From Octopus bimaculoides (Eukaryota), in contig NC_068989.1 of assembly GCF_001194135.2 (NCBI RefSeq), forward strand, positions 29,626,355 to 29,690,354: 64,000 nt of DNA. The letters are read 5' to 3'. Made by a program: the position numbers and the translations under genes. Shown in pieces: positions 36,961-50,109 of this stretch; within the stretch, counting starts at the first letter, position 1; each line of letters begins with the position of its first letter. Under the pieces are notes generated by a model, which was given only the letters and a program-made list of their open reading frames with translations, did not search any database and had not been told where the DNA came from.

Positions 36961-39381
36961 TTATACTTAATCAAAGAGAAAGGATTTGGGACAATCATGG
37001 AAGAGTTGAAACAGCACATCATAGCAGAAGCAGGTAAACTTTCCAGATATCAGAAAAGAATAGATCAGTATCAACAGAATAGATGATTTGAGACAGACCA
37101 GAGATTTTATAACCAAATAACTAGTGGGGAAGAAAGTACTGAAGATGAGAAACCTAATGCAGAAGAAGCTAGAAAGTTCAGGAGTAATATTTGGGATAAG
37201 CTAGTCAATCATAATGAAGACACAGTATGGTTAAGGAAAGTGAGAGAAGAAGTAGCCAGCGAGAAGCAACCAGATCTAAGACTAGCTAGTGCATCAATGA
37301 GTAAAATGTTAGGTAAAATGCCTAATTGGAAGGGCCCAGGACCAGATTTAGCTCAAGGGTACTGGTTAAAGAAATTCTGTAGCTTACATGGGAGGTTGAG
37401 GGAACAACTTCGACTAGAAGGAGAACAGTGGTCCTTATGAAAGACAAAAGCAAGGGTAATACAGCTAGCAATTATAGACCAATCGCTTGCTTACCATTAG
37501 TGCGGAAACTGTTAACAGGAATGCTTTCAGAAAGCATTTATGTATATCTTGACAGTCAGAATTTACTGCCAGAAGAACAGAAAGGTTGCAGGAAGAACAG
37601 AAAGGTTGTATGACCTATTATACATAGACAAAGCAGTTCTAAGTGAAATAAAATCTAGAAAGAAAAATTCAACAATAGTGTGAATAGATTATGAGAAAGC
37701 CTATAACATGATCCCACACTCATACATAAGTGAATGTTTATGACAACATAAGAGGATTAATTAGCTTTAGCATGAAGAAATGGAAAGTAGATCTCTACTC
37801 AGGTGACACAGCATTAGAGAAAGTTAATACCAAGAGAGGAATTTTCTAAGGAGACTTATTGTCCCCTTTAATATTTGTCTTATGTTTAAACTCTGCCAGT
37901 TTAGTATTAAGGAAGGCAAAGGCAGGGTATCAGTTCAGAAATAGTAAAGAAAAAATTAACCATTTGCTCTACATGGATGATCTGAAGTGTTTTAGAGAGA
38001 AAGAAAAAGAGATAGATTCCTTAATACAGACTGGAAAACTCTTCAGCAAAGATATAGGCATGGAATTTAGCATAGTTAAGTATAAAATATTAGTCATGAA
38101 AAAGGGACAGGTAGTCAACAGTGAAGGCATCTAGTTACCAGATGGCCAGACATTAAAATCACTGAAAGAAAGAGAAAGTTATAAGTATCTAGGAGTATTA
38201 GAATCTGACAGGGTACTTAACTATAGAAATAAAAACAAGAAATAAAAAAAAAGGCTGAGGAAGCTAATGAAGTCAAAGCTAAATGGTCCGAATCTAGTGA
38301 AGGCTGTAAATACTTAGGCAATATCATTACTTGGATACTCAGAAGCTTTTGTAGATTCGACCAAATCTGAATTAGCAAAGCCAGACAGAACTAGGAAGGA
38401 ATTCAATATGAATGGGACTCCACCCAAGAGAAAGAGTAGCAAGATTATTCTTACTTAGAAAGGAAGGTGGAAGAGAGATAATATCAGCAGAAGACTGCAT
38501 GGAGTTAGCTAGAGTAGATATAGCCTCCTAGTGAAGAAAGTTTATTGAGAGCTGCAGGACATAGAGAAACCAAAAGGCCAAATGAAGTTAAAAACCAGAA
38601 AAAAGAACAAAAGTTATCTGACTGGCAAGAGAAGGCTTTGTATGGCAAATTCCCAAAGGAAGTTGCAGGAAATAGTAATGAAACACGGTTATGGATAGTT
38701 GCAGAAAAGAAGACAGAAAAGAGAGACAGAAAGTTTGTTAGTAGCAGCACAAGATCAAGCATTGAGGACTAATTGGATAAACGCCAAGATAGACAAAAAC
38801 CAAGTAGATTCCAAATGTAGGTAATTTGAATCAAAAGAGGAAAGTGTTACTCATATAGTAAGTGAATATAGCATACTGGTACAGACACAATACAAGAAAA
38901 GACATGACAACATTGGGAGAGTAATGCAATGGGAGTTATGTAGAAAGCTAGGATTTAACCATACTGATAAATGGTATGAACATGAACCTAGTAAAGAACT
39001 AGAAAGTAAGAAATATAAGATGTTGTGGGACTTTAACATTCAGGCGGACAGAGTAACAGAAACTAGAAGGCCCAATTTAGTAATAGTAGATACAGAAAAT
39101 AGAAAGTGTCAGATAACTGACTTTAAAGTCCCAAATGATGAGAAAGTCAATATAAGAGGTATAACGAAAATAGCAAAATACCAGGACTTAGCCAATGAGT
39201 TACAGAGTTACAAAATGCAGGTAAAATGTATCTCAGTAGTTATAGGTACATTAGGAACTATCCCTAAAGATTTGAACAAATGGACAGAGGAAATAGGCAT
39301 AAAATCTAATTTAGTACAGCTCCAGAAAACTGTGCTATTAGGGACAGCTAGGGTACTTATGAGGGTTCTTGGCATCTAAGG
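36961..39381 (+). mobile_element. R4/Dong-clade LINE copy 2, 5'-truncated
   Basis: GPGPDLAQGYWLKKF, NYRPIACLPL, HLLYMDDLK, MLWDFNIQAD...RRPNLVIVD, LQKTVLLGTARVLMRVLGI*. Confidence 0.85.
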
Positions 39382-39384
39382 AAA

Positions 39385-39960
39385 CCTGGCACAAACTCAT
39401 AAAATTCATAAGGCAGATCATCCAAACTGGGCAATTTGTGCCTTGTGTAACCACTAATTGCTTCCCATATTTCTGCAACCATTATAAGCCTTTCACAGAA
39501 ACTCCCATTTATTGCTGAAGTCATCCAGGTACAAACCAAAGTCTACTACTGTTGTTGAAACTATTGTCCTCCCAAAACAGTCACATGAAGTGCTGCTGGA
39601 AAACCACATAGATATCACTATATTCATCCAATATTATCCCAAGATACTGGATATTTAGTTCTGGAGGCATTTTGAAAAGGTCACTTTGTTTACACATCTC
39701 CCTGTTCTGAGGAGCACATGTGAATGGCTAATTTTTTAGCTTCCTCTTCACAATGGCATATTATGACCATTGAGCCTAACTACTACTTTTTCTCACATGC
39801 CATATTGAACCCCAGACATGTGTCAGACATTTCTCTGCCTGTATTGAGGGTGAATTTTCAATTCTTGTTTTACAGTTAATGCCTCTGTGAGTTGGAACAG
39901 GTGGCATCACAAGCATATTTGGTTTGACTAGGCAGTTTTTACACTCCCTTCCAAAATTTG
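39385..39960 (-). mobile_element. Tx1/L1-like fragment
   Basis: EIWEAIS...KLPSLDDLPYEFY resembles KSPGLDGLPYEFY. Confidence 0.55.
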
Positions 39961-40299
39961 TCAAGGATATGTTGTATCCACTGTTGTTTATTAATTTTTG
40001 TGAAAGATATTGTTTCATTAGATTTCAAAATGACAATGTTATTAGTGGTGGTGATGATGGAATTGTTGTTGTTGTTGGTATGAACATGAACCTAGTAAAG
40101 AACTAGCTGTTGATTCATTAGTCTCTTTCATGTCTTGCTTGTAGTTGCTACTTATGCTGTCCGTTTTGACAGTAATGCTGCTATGCATTTCTCTTTCACC
40201 CTCTTTTATAACATAACACTTATTTTCTCCATGGAGGGAGAAAATTAAATTTAGAAAACTGAAGTAAAATTTAAATCAACAAGTCACTTTAAATTTTAG

Positions 40300-40448
40300 A
40301 TGCAGATGTAGTTGTGTGGTAAGAAGTTTGCTTCTGAACTACATGGTTCCAGGTTCAGTCTCACTGTGTGGCAAGTGATTTCTACTGTGGCTTCAGGCCA
40401 ACCAAACTCATGTGAGTGGATTTAGTAGAATGAAATTGAAAGAAACCT

Positions 40449-40509
<61 letters not shown>

Positions 40510-40690
40510 TCACCACTTGACAACTAGTATTTGTTTATATTCCCATAACTCAGCAGTTCAGCAAAAGAGACTGATAGAATAAGTACCAGGCTTCAAAAAA
40601 CTAAGGACTGAAGTCAGTTCATTCAACTAAACTCTTCAAGCTAGTGTCCCAACATGGCCATAATCCAGTGGCTGAAACAAGTTAAGGGAC
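40300..40690 (+). mobile_element. tRNA-derived SINE with internal (TG)n
   Basis: A/B-box-like head (tgtgtggtaag...ggttcagtct), (TG)n, shared 3' body; other copies at 16411 and 63325-64000. Confidence 0.8.
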
Positions 40691-40854
40691 TATGTATGAC
40701 AGGAATTCACCAGTAGTCTGCAAATAACTTGTCTTCTACAATGGAATTGAAAACTGAATACAATAATTTTCCATGATTAAAACATGATTTGTTTACAAAT
40801 CTTCTAGAGCTGAAGCTAACCATGGCCTTCCAGAATGTCAGCAACAATAATAAT

Positions 40855-41045
40855 CTTTTCTACTATAGGTACAAGTCCTGAAATTTTGTGGGAAGGTATA
40901 GCTAATTGATTACATGGACCCCAGTACTTATTTTATTGACCCTGAAAGGATGACAGGCAAAGTTGACCTTGAAAGAATTTGAACTCAGAATGTAAAGACA
41001 GATGAAATACTGCTAAGCATTTTGCCCTGAGAGCTAATGATTATA
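40855..41045 (-). mobile_element. Second SINE family (gagttcaaatt...ctttcatcctttc.gggtc.ataa...gtac core)
   Basis: Homologous to 62465-62700. Confidence 0.7.
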
Positions 41046-42409
41046 ATTTTTTCTTGATTTTACATAAACATGCAGTGTTCACAATATATTTTTATCAGTA
41101 AGGCTGATATGTAAACTAATAAACATTAGTCAAGAAAATGAAAATTATTTAAAATTTTTCTAATTATTTTTGCTGTCAATAACCAATAAAATATACCTGT
41201 TCATTTTCCTTCTTTTCACAAATGACTATAATTAAAACAATACATTGCAAACATGTTATGTAGTTCAATAATTCAGAATGTATGATGTGTGCATAGCTAA
41301 ACACATTTCTGTAATTCTATCAGAAGGTAAATTTTGCCTTCTTCAAACTCACATTTCAACAGAATACAGTTAGCACTACTTTAGTGTAAGCATGAGGATG
41401 TCCAATCTAATAATTGAGAACAACCATAAATATTAGTTACTGTGGTATCCAGTGTGCATGACCAAAATGTTTTTTTAATGACTGAACATAAAATAAATAG
41501 ACGTAGTCAGAAATGAACTATATATATAATGAAAATGCCCAATATAGCTTACACATTTTCTAACTTTAATGTAAACTAAGAATTACTTTGACATGAGAGT
41601 TTAACATGGTCTTCATCACCAGCTCCATTTTAATAGGTTTAGAATATCACTAATTGTTTCAATTTTTTTTGTCTTCTCTTCTGTAAGACATATAACCTTG
41701 CTACTTCTCCCACTAACAACATAATGAAACTATTTTCACTTGGTTCCCATTGTTCACTTTATGTTTATACCAGTACAATTGTCTCTCCTGCACACTACAC
41801 TCTGTGTACGTGCGTGTGTGTGTGTGTGCACATGCAATGACTTTATTATCCAGCCACTTTCCATATTCCCTTCTGATTTATTTCTCATTGTAAGCTTTTA
41901 AGTACACACTCAATAGATCAAGCTCACAACATCTGACTTCTCACATTTAGCGCTCATGTCTTACTATTACACAATATCACATTTCTTACTTATGCTTCAG
42001 ACAGTCTGTAGTTGACAAGAACATCTCTCTCTAAACTTTCTTTAGGTATTATGCTGTCATTACATCTTCTTGCTAAAATGTGACTACTTACCTATAAGAA
42101 ATTATTGGCTACTTTTAATGGACAATCAAGAGTAGTTCTTTACTTAATTTTATTGGTGTTCCTGTACCTGTGCAAAGATCACACCTGCAGTTCTGGTTCT
42201 CAGTCAGTCTGCCAAAAATTTCACTGCATCTTTAAACATTGCATTCATTGAGTACATAATATTGAGTTCTTATCTATTCCTTTCTTACATATTAGTAAGT
42301 CATTGCTGAGGTGGCTCTTTGATTTCATACATTCTAAGCACCAAATTGAGACAATGACTAAGGTAGGACACTTTGCTATGTTAGACAGTATTAGAATAGT
42401 CTATACTGC

Positions 42410-45247
42410 TAGTTGGTATTACTACAGAGTGCCCATACAATAGAAACAAGCACAGTTTGAACATGAAAAAACACATTTTTTTACTTTATTATTTTCATGC
42501 CAAAATAAATTTTTCCATAGAAAATTGTATAACATTTGAAAGCTTTTGATGTGAACTTTCTTCTTATATAGTCTTAATTAAAATCCAACTGTTACATATC
42601 ATGTCAGGGTTCTTCAAACACCCTGGTATTTCCATGCATTTACAGAGTTTGTCTTCTGAATGGTAGCCCTAGTTTTAGTTCAATGCACTCAAGCACTATA
42701 ACTTGAGTTATGTTGAAAATCATACACTCATATAGATGAATGTTTTGGCTTTATTTTGATATAAAATTTGATGGGGTAGGTCAGATGATCTTCCAGATTT
42801 TTATACCATAAGAAAGAAAAATTTCTTGCTAATTCATCATAGTTATTGTCAATCTGGCCACAGTATGGTGAAAAGGCGCAAAGTTAAAAAAAGAAGGTGG
42901 TACATTGACACTTTTTGTATGCAGTTAACACATATTGACACTACTCGTCAAACTGACGGATTCTCATGCAGCAAGAGATCATACAGAAGACGAATTCAAG
43001 GCTTCAAATATTGATTCTGATCCAGAATTTCAAGAAATGAACAAATTAGTTGGTAAGTAAACATACTTCTATGAGAACTTGCACTAAATTGAGTTAAATA
43101 AGGCTTCTAGAGTCCAAAATTAACATGTAATTATATTCATAATATTCTTTATTCCCTCTCACTGTGTGCTGAGCAACATATGAATTTAACCTTGCACATA
43201 TTCCTGTACAAATGAATTTTGTGTGTCTTAGAGAAATATTGAAACAGAAAATGAAGAATTAGCAAAGATATTTGACAGTTTGTGAATCAAGAATGGAAAC
43301 TTCACAAAACAAGAAATAGAAAGAGCTACAAGTAACTTGAAAGAAGGTAAACAAACTGGTCCTGATAACATCCCACTAGAAGTACCAAAAAGATGTGATT
43401 TAGATGACATCATCCTTGAATGTGCAAACAAACTACTAAATGACAATGTGAAGTCGGAACAATGGTCTGAGATAGACTTGCTATTGCTGTCCAAAACTGG
43501 AGACCTAAGCGATACTGGGAATTACAGAGGGATCAGTCTTTCATCCATTGTTGCAAAAATGGTCAACAAGATGATACTTAACCGAACACAGCCTAAGATA
43601 GACGAACAATTGTGACCAAACCAAAATGGATTCAGATCAGAACAGTCAACAACATCTCACACTGTTGCACTTAGAAGACTGATAGAGGGAGTTAAGAGCC
43701 ATAACAGGAGGGCTGTCATTATCTATGTAGACTTTAAAAAGGTTTTTGATTGAGTACATAGAGGAATGATGATGAAGTTCACATCCAGAACTTTCAAATG
43801 ATATATAATTTTCCAAGGAAAGTAGATATTTTGTCATAAAAATGAGGTACCTAAATATGTTTTTTTTTGCATGGTCAAATTGGATGTGTCACTCCTTCCA
43901 CAGAGCTCTCCAAGGATACTTATCAAATTTATTGTAAAGTTCCAAACTTAGAGAAGATTTTGTTCTGTAACCTATACCAGTGTATGAAAACTGAACCCCT
44001 TAAAGATAACAGATCACAATATAACCATGTCTGAATATACATGAAATACTTACAATAGCTTTATTTTCATTTAATTATTTGTAGGGCTGAGTTTCGTATC
44101 AGGATACCCACATAAGTTGGATCTTCTCCATTTTCATGGAGATTTTTCCCATTTGTTTTTTTCACCACAGACTTGGAAATGAAGAGGAGAAGATTTTTAT
44201 GAAACAAAATTTTTGAAATTCATGTTTTTTTTAAAAAACCCTCCCACCACCAAACCAATTTAGGCTAATTTTTTTCATATTTGGCATTTAAAAAGCAATG
44301 GGAAAAGCCTTAATAGTTGCAAAAAATTTTTTGAAAATATATTGAAATGAAAAGGTAAGCGATTTAAGGAAGATTTAGCTGCTGTTTCTAGTGCATTACC
44401 AGGACATTGTGGGATGTGCTAGAAACAGAGGCTATCTCTTCTTGAAATCACATATTTTTTCATCTCAAAATATTTTCATTATTTTTTTCCTACCATTAAG
44501 GCTTCTCCTATTGTTTTTAAGTGCCTAATAGAAAAAAAATTGGCCTAAACTGGTCGGGGTGGGGTGTGTAAGAAAAATCACAAATCTTCCAAAAAATTTT
44601 TTCATTAAAACCTTCTCCCCACTCCCCATCTCTTCCAAGGCTGTGGTGAGAAAAAATGGGGGAAATCCCCATCAAAATAGAGAAAATCCAACTTATGTGG
44701 CAGTCTTGATCCAAAATTCTGCCATTTATAATAGTCTATTACAATTCTATTGAAATAGTGTCATGTCTCAAAATCTCAATTTATTTACCTCCATACCTAT
44801 TTATAAATGTGCCAAAATTCCTCTGGCTTGTAGTTTTGGATTTAGCCAGGTCTGAAAACACTGCAAAACCAATCATTTGTTACCTGTAGCAAAATAGGCT
44901 TTACATAAATATTTAAGATATTGCCAAAAAACAAGTTTTCTTTCCAAGAACCTGAAAAAAAGAGTCAACTATTATACCACAGTCACTATTAATTTGTGTA
45001 ATTTCAAGATGATTATCATCTCCAGTTTCAAAGATATGGTATCACAAACATAGTTACTGATTCATTTATGCAAATTAGGTATAATTTTGACTAATTCACT
45101 GACCATTCAAATTGTCATATTTCCTAAAATATTCATCCAAAATTCACAAATGAGAAATCAACATGTTTCTTTTTGGATGCTCTTCAAGAAGAAGTACAGT
45201 AGAAATTACATTTAAATATTTTCAAAAATTCATAGTGACACCTACTG
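42410..45247. mobile_element. Old non-autonomous TIR element, long copy
   Basis: Termini resemble (CAG)TAGGTGTCACTATG; 42410-42560 and 44640-45247 match 48547-49380; contains an internal inverted repeat at about 44095-44290/44520-44715. Confidence 0.6.
43215..43790 (+). mobile_element. RTE-X-like LINE RT fragment
   Basis: GPDNIPLEV, GDLSDTGNYRGISLSSIVAK, NQNGFR, YVDFKKVFD. Confidence 0.75.
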
Positions 45248-45693
45248 CTAGCATTAGATGACTAACAAACTATCTCGTAGAGATAAATTAGTGCAATTAA
45301 TGTAGCAGAAACAATTTAAAGTATGTAATTTGAGAAATACTAGCTGGAGCTCTGCAAGTAATAGATGTATGGTTTGAGTGCCATCAATAGGTCTGATGCT
45401 TGTAATATCTAATAACATTTACATTTAAAAGTAAGTTTACTCTTTGTTAGTGACATTGAGGTCTTTAGGGCAAAAGATCATGCTTTCGGTTTTGAAAGTT
45501 TTTCCTCTAACTCTGACAGATTCAATTATGACAACTAGTAATGAATTATTGTAGAGGCTCAAAACTTTAGTGAATAAAATGGGGTAAGAGCAAAACCCTG
45601 ACACAACTTGCAACCTCTCACTAAACTCACTTCTCGCCATGACCTTGGAAATAACACCTTCAAGCACAGCTTTGTAGACACTCAAACACTATT

Positions 45694-45769
<76 letters not shown>

Positions 45770-46613
45770 CAGGGTGCAGTGAATAAACTGTCATCTAAAT
45801 TATGCAAAAATGAAAATAACACTGACATCTCTTTTTAACAGATATATTAACCAAAATTACATAAAAATATTTTGAAATACTAGAGAGTAAATTTATTCAT
45901 AAAAATCGCCATTTGCTTCAACCATGACCTCCAGATGCCTTTGGAATCTCCTTCAACTCTTCTGGATGGTCTCCTTGTTTAAACTGGTGAATGCTGCCAT
46001 AATCCTTACCTTCAGTTCATCTTTGGTACAAGGAGTTTTGTTGGTCTCTTGTTCACCTGCACCCCACATATAATAAACAAGGGGGTTTTAGTCTGGGGAG
46101 TTAGATGGCTAGATGTTAAGGGTGACGTGGTTGCAGAAATTGTCTGACAGCCATGACTGGGTTCTCCTGCTTGTGTGAGATGGTGCAGAGTCCTGTTGCC
46201 AAACATAGGGTCTTCTAGCAGCCACCCTCTTAACCCAGGGTAGCACTACCTTCTCCAGGCATTTGATGTAGGCCTTTGTATTGAGTATGAGGCCATGCAG
46301 GAAGATGAATGGAGGCATAACATCGCCATCACTAGTGATCACTTCAAACACCATGATGTTGACTGGATGTTTGATTTTTATCACTCTCGGTACATGTCCT
46401 CAGACTGACACCCAAACACTCTGAAATGTTTGTATTGGAGCTTCTGGTGCGAATGCCAAGCAGTACAATATGTCGTTTCCAAATTTATGGCAGACTGAAT
46501 TGCGTCATGATGTTTTTCTCACAGATGATGCCCAACTGACCCTACTATACTGTGCAGTCAACAAAATCAAAAACAATGTGCAAATAAAATGTCAAGAATT
46601 TACCCATTACACC

Positions 46614-46616
<3 letters not shown>
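45770..46616 (-). mobile_element. DD37D (maT-like) element, second copy
   Basis: TIRs CAGGGTGTAATGGGTAAATT / CAGGGTGCAGTGAATAAACT; QQDSAPSH...SPD*NPL(V)YYMWG, with 37 residues between the second and third catalytic positions. Confidence 0.85.
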
Positions 46617-46649
<33 letters not shown>

Positions 46650-46981
46650 NNNNNNNNNNAAACAAATTCAAAGGCCGATGTATATATTCATTCAATCCAT
46701 ATTAACGAAGTTCTCCATGGTATATAAAGTGCATACATACATGCATTCATCTATATGATATATAAAAATTTCTACGAAGTTATAAACACATACATATACA
46801 AGAATCTTTATAAATATATACAAATTCATACACATATGAAAATTTACAAACGCATAAAAATTCATAAATGTAAATATATAAAAAAAGTGTAAGTCCATAA
46901 ATGTACTTGCGAAGTCCGAATGAAAAGGATGATGAAGCGGATGTAAACTGATTTATAAGGAGTCTGGAACATGTATAAAGT

Positions 46982-47065
46982 CTTACAGCCGTTTCGAAAA
47001 GATACAGGTTGCTATGGGCAAGCTAACTCCAACCATAGCAATATTCTATATTTCTCTCATCAGAG
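46982..47065 (-). ncRNA. Type I hammerhead, intact core, long stem II
   Basis: CU-CUGAUGA-GAGAAAUAUAG-aaua-UUGCUAUGG...CCAUAGCAA-c-CUGUAUCUUUUC-GAAAC-GGCU-GUA-AG; stem I is only 2 bp before a mismatch. Confidence 0.7.
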
Positions 47066-47614
47066 TTAATAGAATCACAAGGTTAACATTTTAAAAGAAA
47101 TAGTGGGTTAAATAATTTTTAAAAATCAAATGTTTAATCGAACCATTCCCTTCAGGCATATTTGTTTGTCTCAGTTGGGATAGAGCCACTCTTATTCCTT
47201 TCACCATCCTCCATATAGACATTTACCATTAGCCACACTAAACACACCAGAACTGTGTTTAGTGAGAAACTACAAGTTGTATCAAAGCTTTTTTCTTACT
47301 CCATTTTCTACATTCACCTCTGCACTCATTTCTAATCATCTGCCACTCTTATATCACACTCTAATGAACTTATCCTTCCACCCTTCCTGATTCTCAGCAT
47401 TCATTCTTATACTCATCTTCTATCTTGAGAGGATGATCTAACACCTCATTATCACTGTCATTGTCTTCTTTTTAGTTGCTCCTACTCTTCCTTATATAAT
47501 GTAGTGTCATCATGTATCTCTTCTACAGCAAGACACTTGTGCCTGCCCCCTCTATCAAACTTTAGCCTCTCACCACCTAACTTAAAGCCACCTCCGTCTC
47601 TACAACACCACTCA

Positions 47615-47842
47615 GTCAAGGGGTCTTTTGTCTTGTAAGTTACCTGACAACCTCATTAGTGCTTGTGTCATAAAAAAAAAGCACTCAGTACACTGTAAAG
47701 TGGTTGGCATTGGAAAGAACAGCAAGCTATAAAAATCATGCCCAAACAGATAGTGAAGGTCAACATAGTCCCCTACCTCACTAGATCTAGTCAAATCATC
47801 TAACCCATGCCAGCATGGAAGACAGGTATTAAATGATGATAC
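47615..47842 (+). mobile_element. RTE tail / Ceph-like fragment
   Basis: tggttggcattggaaagaacagcaagct...cccatgccagcatggaagacagg...tgatgat. Confidence 0.6.
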
Positions 47843-48354
47843 CTTACATTATAACTGAGGGCTACTATTGTATCATTTCAGACACAATTTTCCCCAATGA
47901 CATCTTAATTCATATGAACATACTGTTCAGCAATTCGGAATACATCGAACTTCTTATTTGTGTTGAACATTAGTAAACCTCAAACTTCATACTCTTAGCT
48001 TCTTTCCTGGATAAATACAGACAAGTGCTTCCCACCGTGTTTCTTGATATCATTCCATGTTACTCCTCACCTTACACATTTCCAGACCTATCTAACAGTC
48101 AGTCCTATCAACTGTGCTATTCTAGAAGCCTGCTGTGTACTTACTTTTGATATTTCAAAAATCTGATTTCAGTTTAAGGAGCTATATAATTAAATTCAAT
48201 ATTATTTCGATTTCGCATAGACAGTTCTACATAAGTATCTGTTATAAATGTAACATAAGATAGCTGTCTAACCTACATATCTGGAAGTCAAGTCAAAGAA
48301 ATCGTTTTGAAATAGAATCATAATACAAAGCTATGTTAAAAAAAAAAAATTTAC

Positions 48355-48459
48355 CTGTTCTCTGTCATCTACGACATCATTAAGATAGTCATCAGGATCA
48401 AGTATGCCTTCATCAGTTAAAGTTTTTAAACTGTGGACTGTTACCCAACTGTCATTAGA
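48355..48459 (-). CDS. PARD3: par-3 exon (equivalent to exon 2), N-terminal oligomerisation domain, phase 0-0
   Basis: ttgcag|TCTAAT...GAACAG|gtaaat; SNDSWVTVHSLKTLTDEGILDPDDYLNDVVDDREQ resembles PARD3 [34 protein letters not shown]; 105 nt; absent from the ORF track. Confidence 0.93.
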
Positions 48460-48546
48460 CTGCAATAAATAATATAAAAATGACATCAATCATACTTTTA
48501 ATAAAAAGAAACAAAGAATATAAAAGTAGACATTGTTATCTAGAAA

Positions 48547-49380
48547 TAGGTATCACTATGGAATGCTGTACAATAGAGACAAGCACAGTTTGAACATGCA
48601 AAAACAGACATTTTGCTTCATCATTTTCATGTCAAAATAAGTATTTTCCAAAGAAAATTATATATCATTTTAAAGTTCTGGATGTGAACTTTGTCAGTTA
48701 ATTGTTATGAAGTATAAAATTTCATATTTCATTGTTTTCACTAAGAAAACGACATATTTTCTTCAAGATTTATATAAAAAAATAGGAAAAATCCCCATCA
48801 AAATGGAGAAAATATAATTTCTGTGGGTGTCCTGATCCAAAATTCTGCCATTTATAGTCATTTTTAATAATCTATTAAAATTTTATGGAAATGGTGTCGT
48901 GTCCCAAAATCTCAATTTATTTACCTCCATACCTTCTACAAATGTGCCAAAACTTAAGTTCCTCTGACTTGTAGCTTTGAATTTAGCTAGGTCTGAAAAC
49001 ACTGCAAAATCAACCATTTGTTACATGTAACAAAATAGACTTTACATAAATATTGAAGATATTGCCAACAAACAAGTTTTCTTTCCAAGAACCGCTGAAA
49101 AAAAAATAGGCAACTACTACACCATGGTCACTGTTAATTTGTATAATTTGAAGATAATTATCACCTTCGTTTTAAAGATATATCACAAATATAGCTACAT
49201 ATTCATTTATGCAAACGGCAAAATTTCGACCAATTTGCTGACTATTTAAATTGTCATATTTCCTAAAATAATTCATCCAAATTTTACAAATGAGGTATCA
49301 AAATATTTCTTTTTGGATGCTCTTCAAGAGAAAATACAGTAGGAATTACATTTATTTTCAAAAATTCATAGTGACACCTA
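48547..49380. mobile_element. Non-autonomous TIR element, short copy
   Basis: TAGGTATCACTATGGAAT ... ATTCATAGTGACACCTA; CTAGAAA on both flanks. Confidence 0.65.
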
Positions 49381-50109
49381 CTAGAAATCAGTAGCACCTT
49401 TACAAATAATTGAAAAGGTATTTTATGTCAAAAGAACTACAAATAAATTAGAATAAATAAGAGATTGATTTTCATGCAAGATAAAATAAGTAGCTAAAAA
49501 TCAGAAATATAATGATATGAAGAAGCAATGAGATCTAGATGAACACCACTGGGTATTCATAACTGATAGTGCCTGTAGCATATGTAAGGCAATACTGAGG
49601 TGGTTTAGATTGACCATATAGATAATTGTGTCTAATTTTGTAAGTTTGAATGTATTTATCTATATCAATACATTATTTTAATCTTTGTGTCCTTATCTTT
49701 CTCTTTAGAAAATATTAGTGCAAAATATATCACAGCTATACAAACTGATGAAATATTAGATTAGTCAATTTTTTTCACTACCAAAACATTGATCTTCTTA
49801 TGAAATATTAGATTAGTCAATTTTTTTCACAACTAAAATATTGATCACAGCTCACTCAAATTGATTGTAGAATACACTCATTACAGTTGGCTGTGATGCA
49901 GTCCACTATATTTCCATGTTTTTCAAAGGATAAATTTGTGCGATCTTGTTATTATTATTAATTCTGAATGTAATTTATAGTGTATAGCTAATTCCTAATT
50001 TGAATATATTTACAGCCACTTTTATTGTTGTTTAGTTTATTTGATTATGTTCTATTATAAAACATAATTAAATAAACTATATATTTTTCATGAAATAAAC
50101 AGTGTAATA

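Noticed and set aside
42826-43050. Possible transposase or exon remnant in the long TIR element
   Set aside because: No recognisable catalytic motif and no usable splice context.
49748-49846. 52-bp tandem duplication
   Set aside because: Ordinary local duplication with no further structure.
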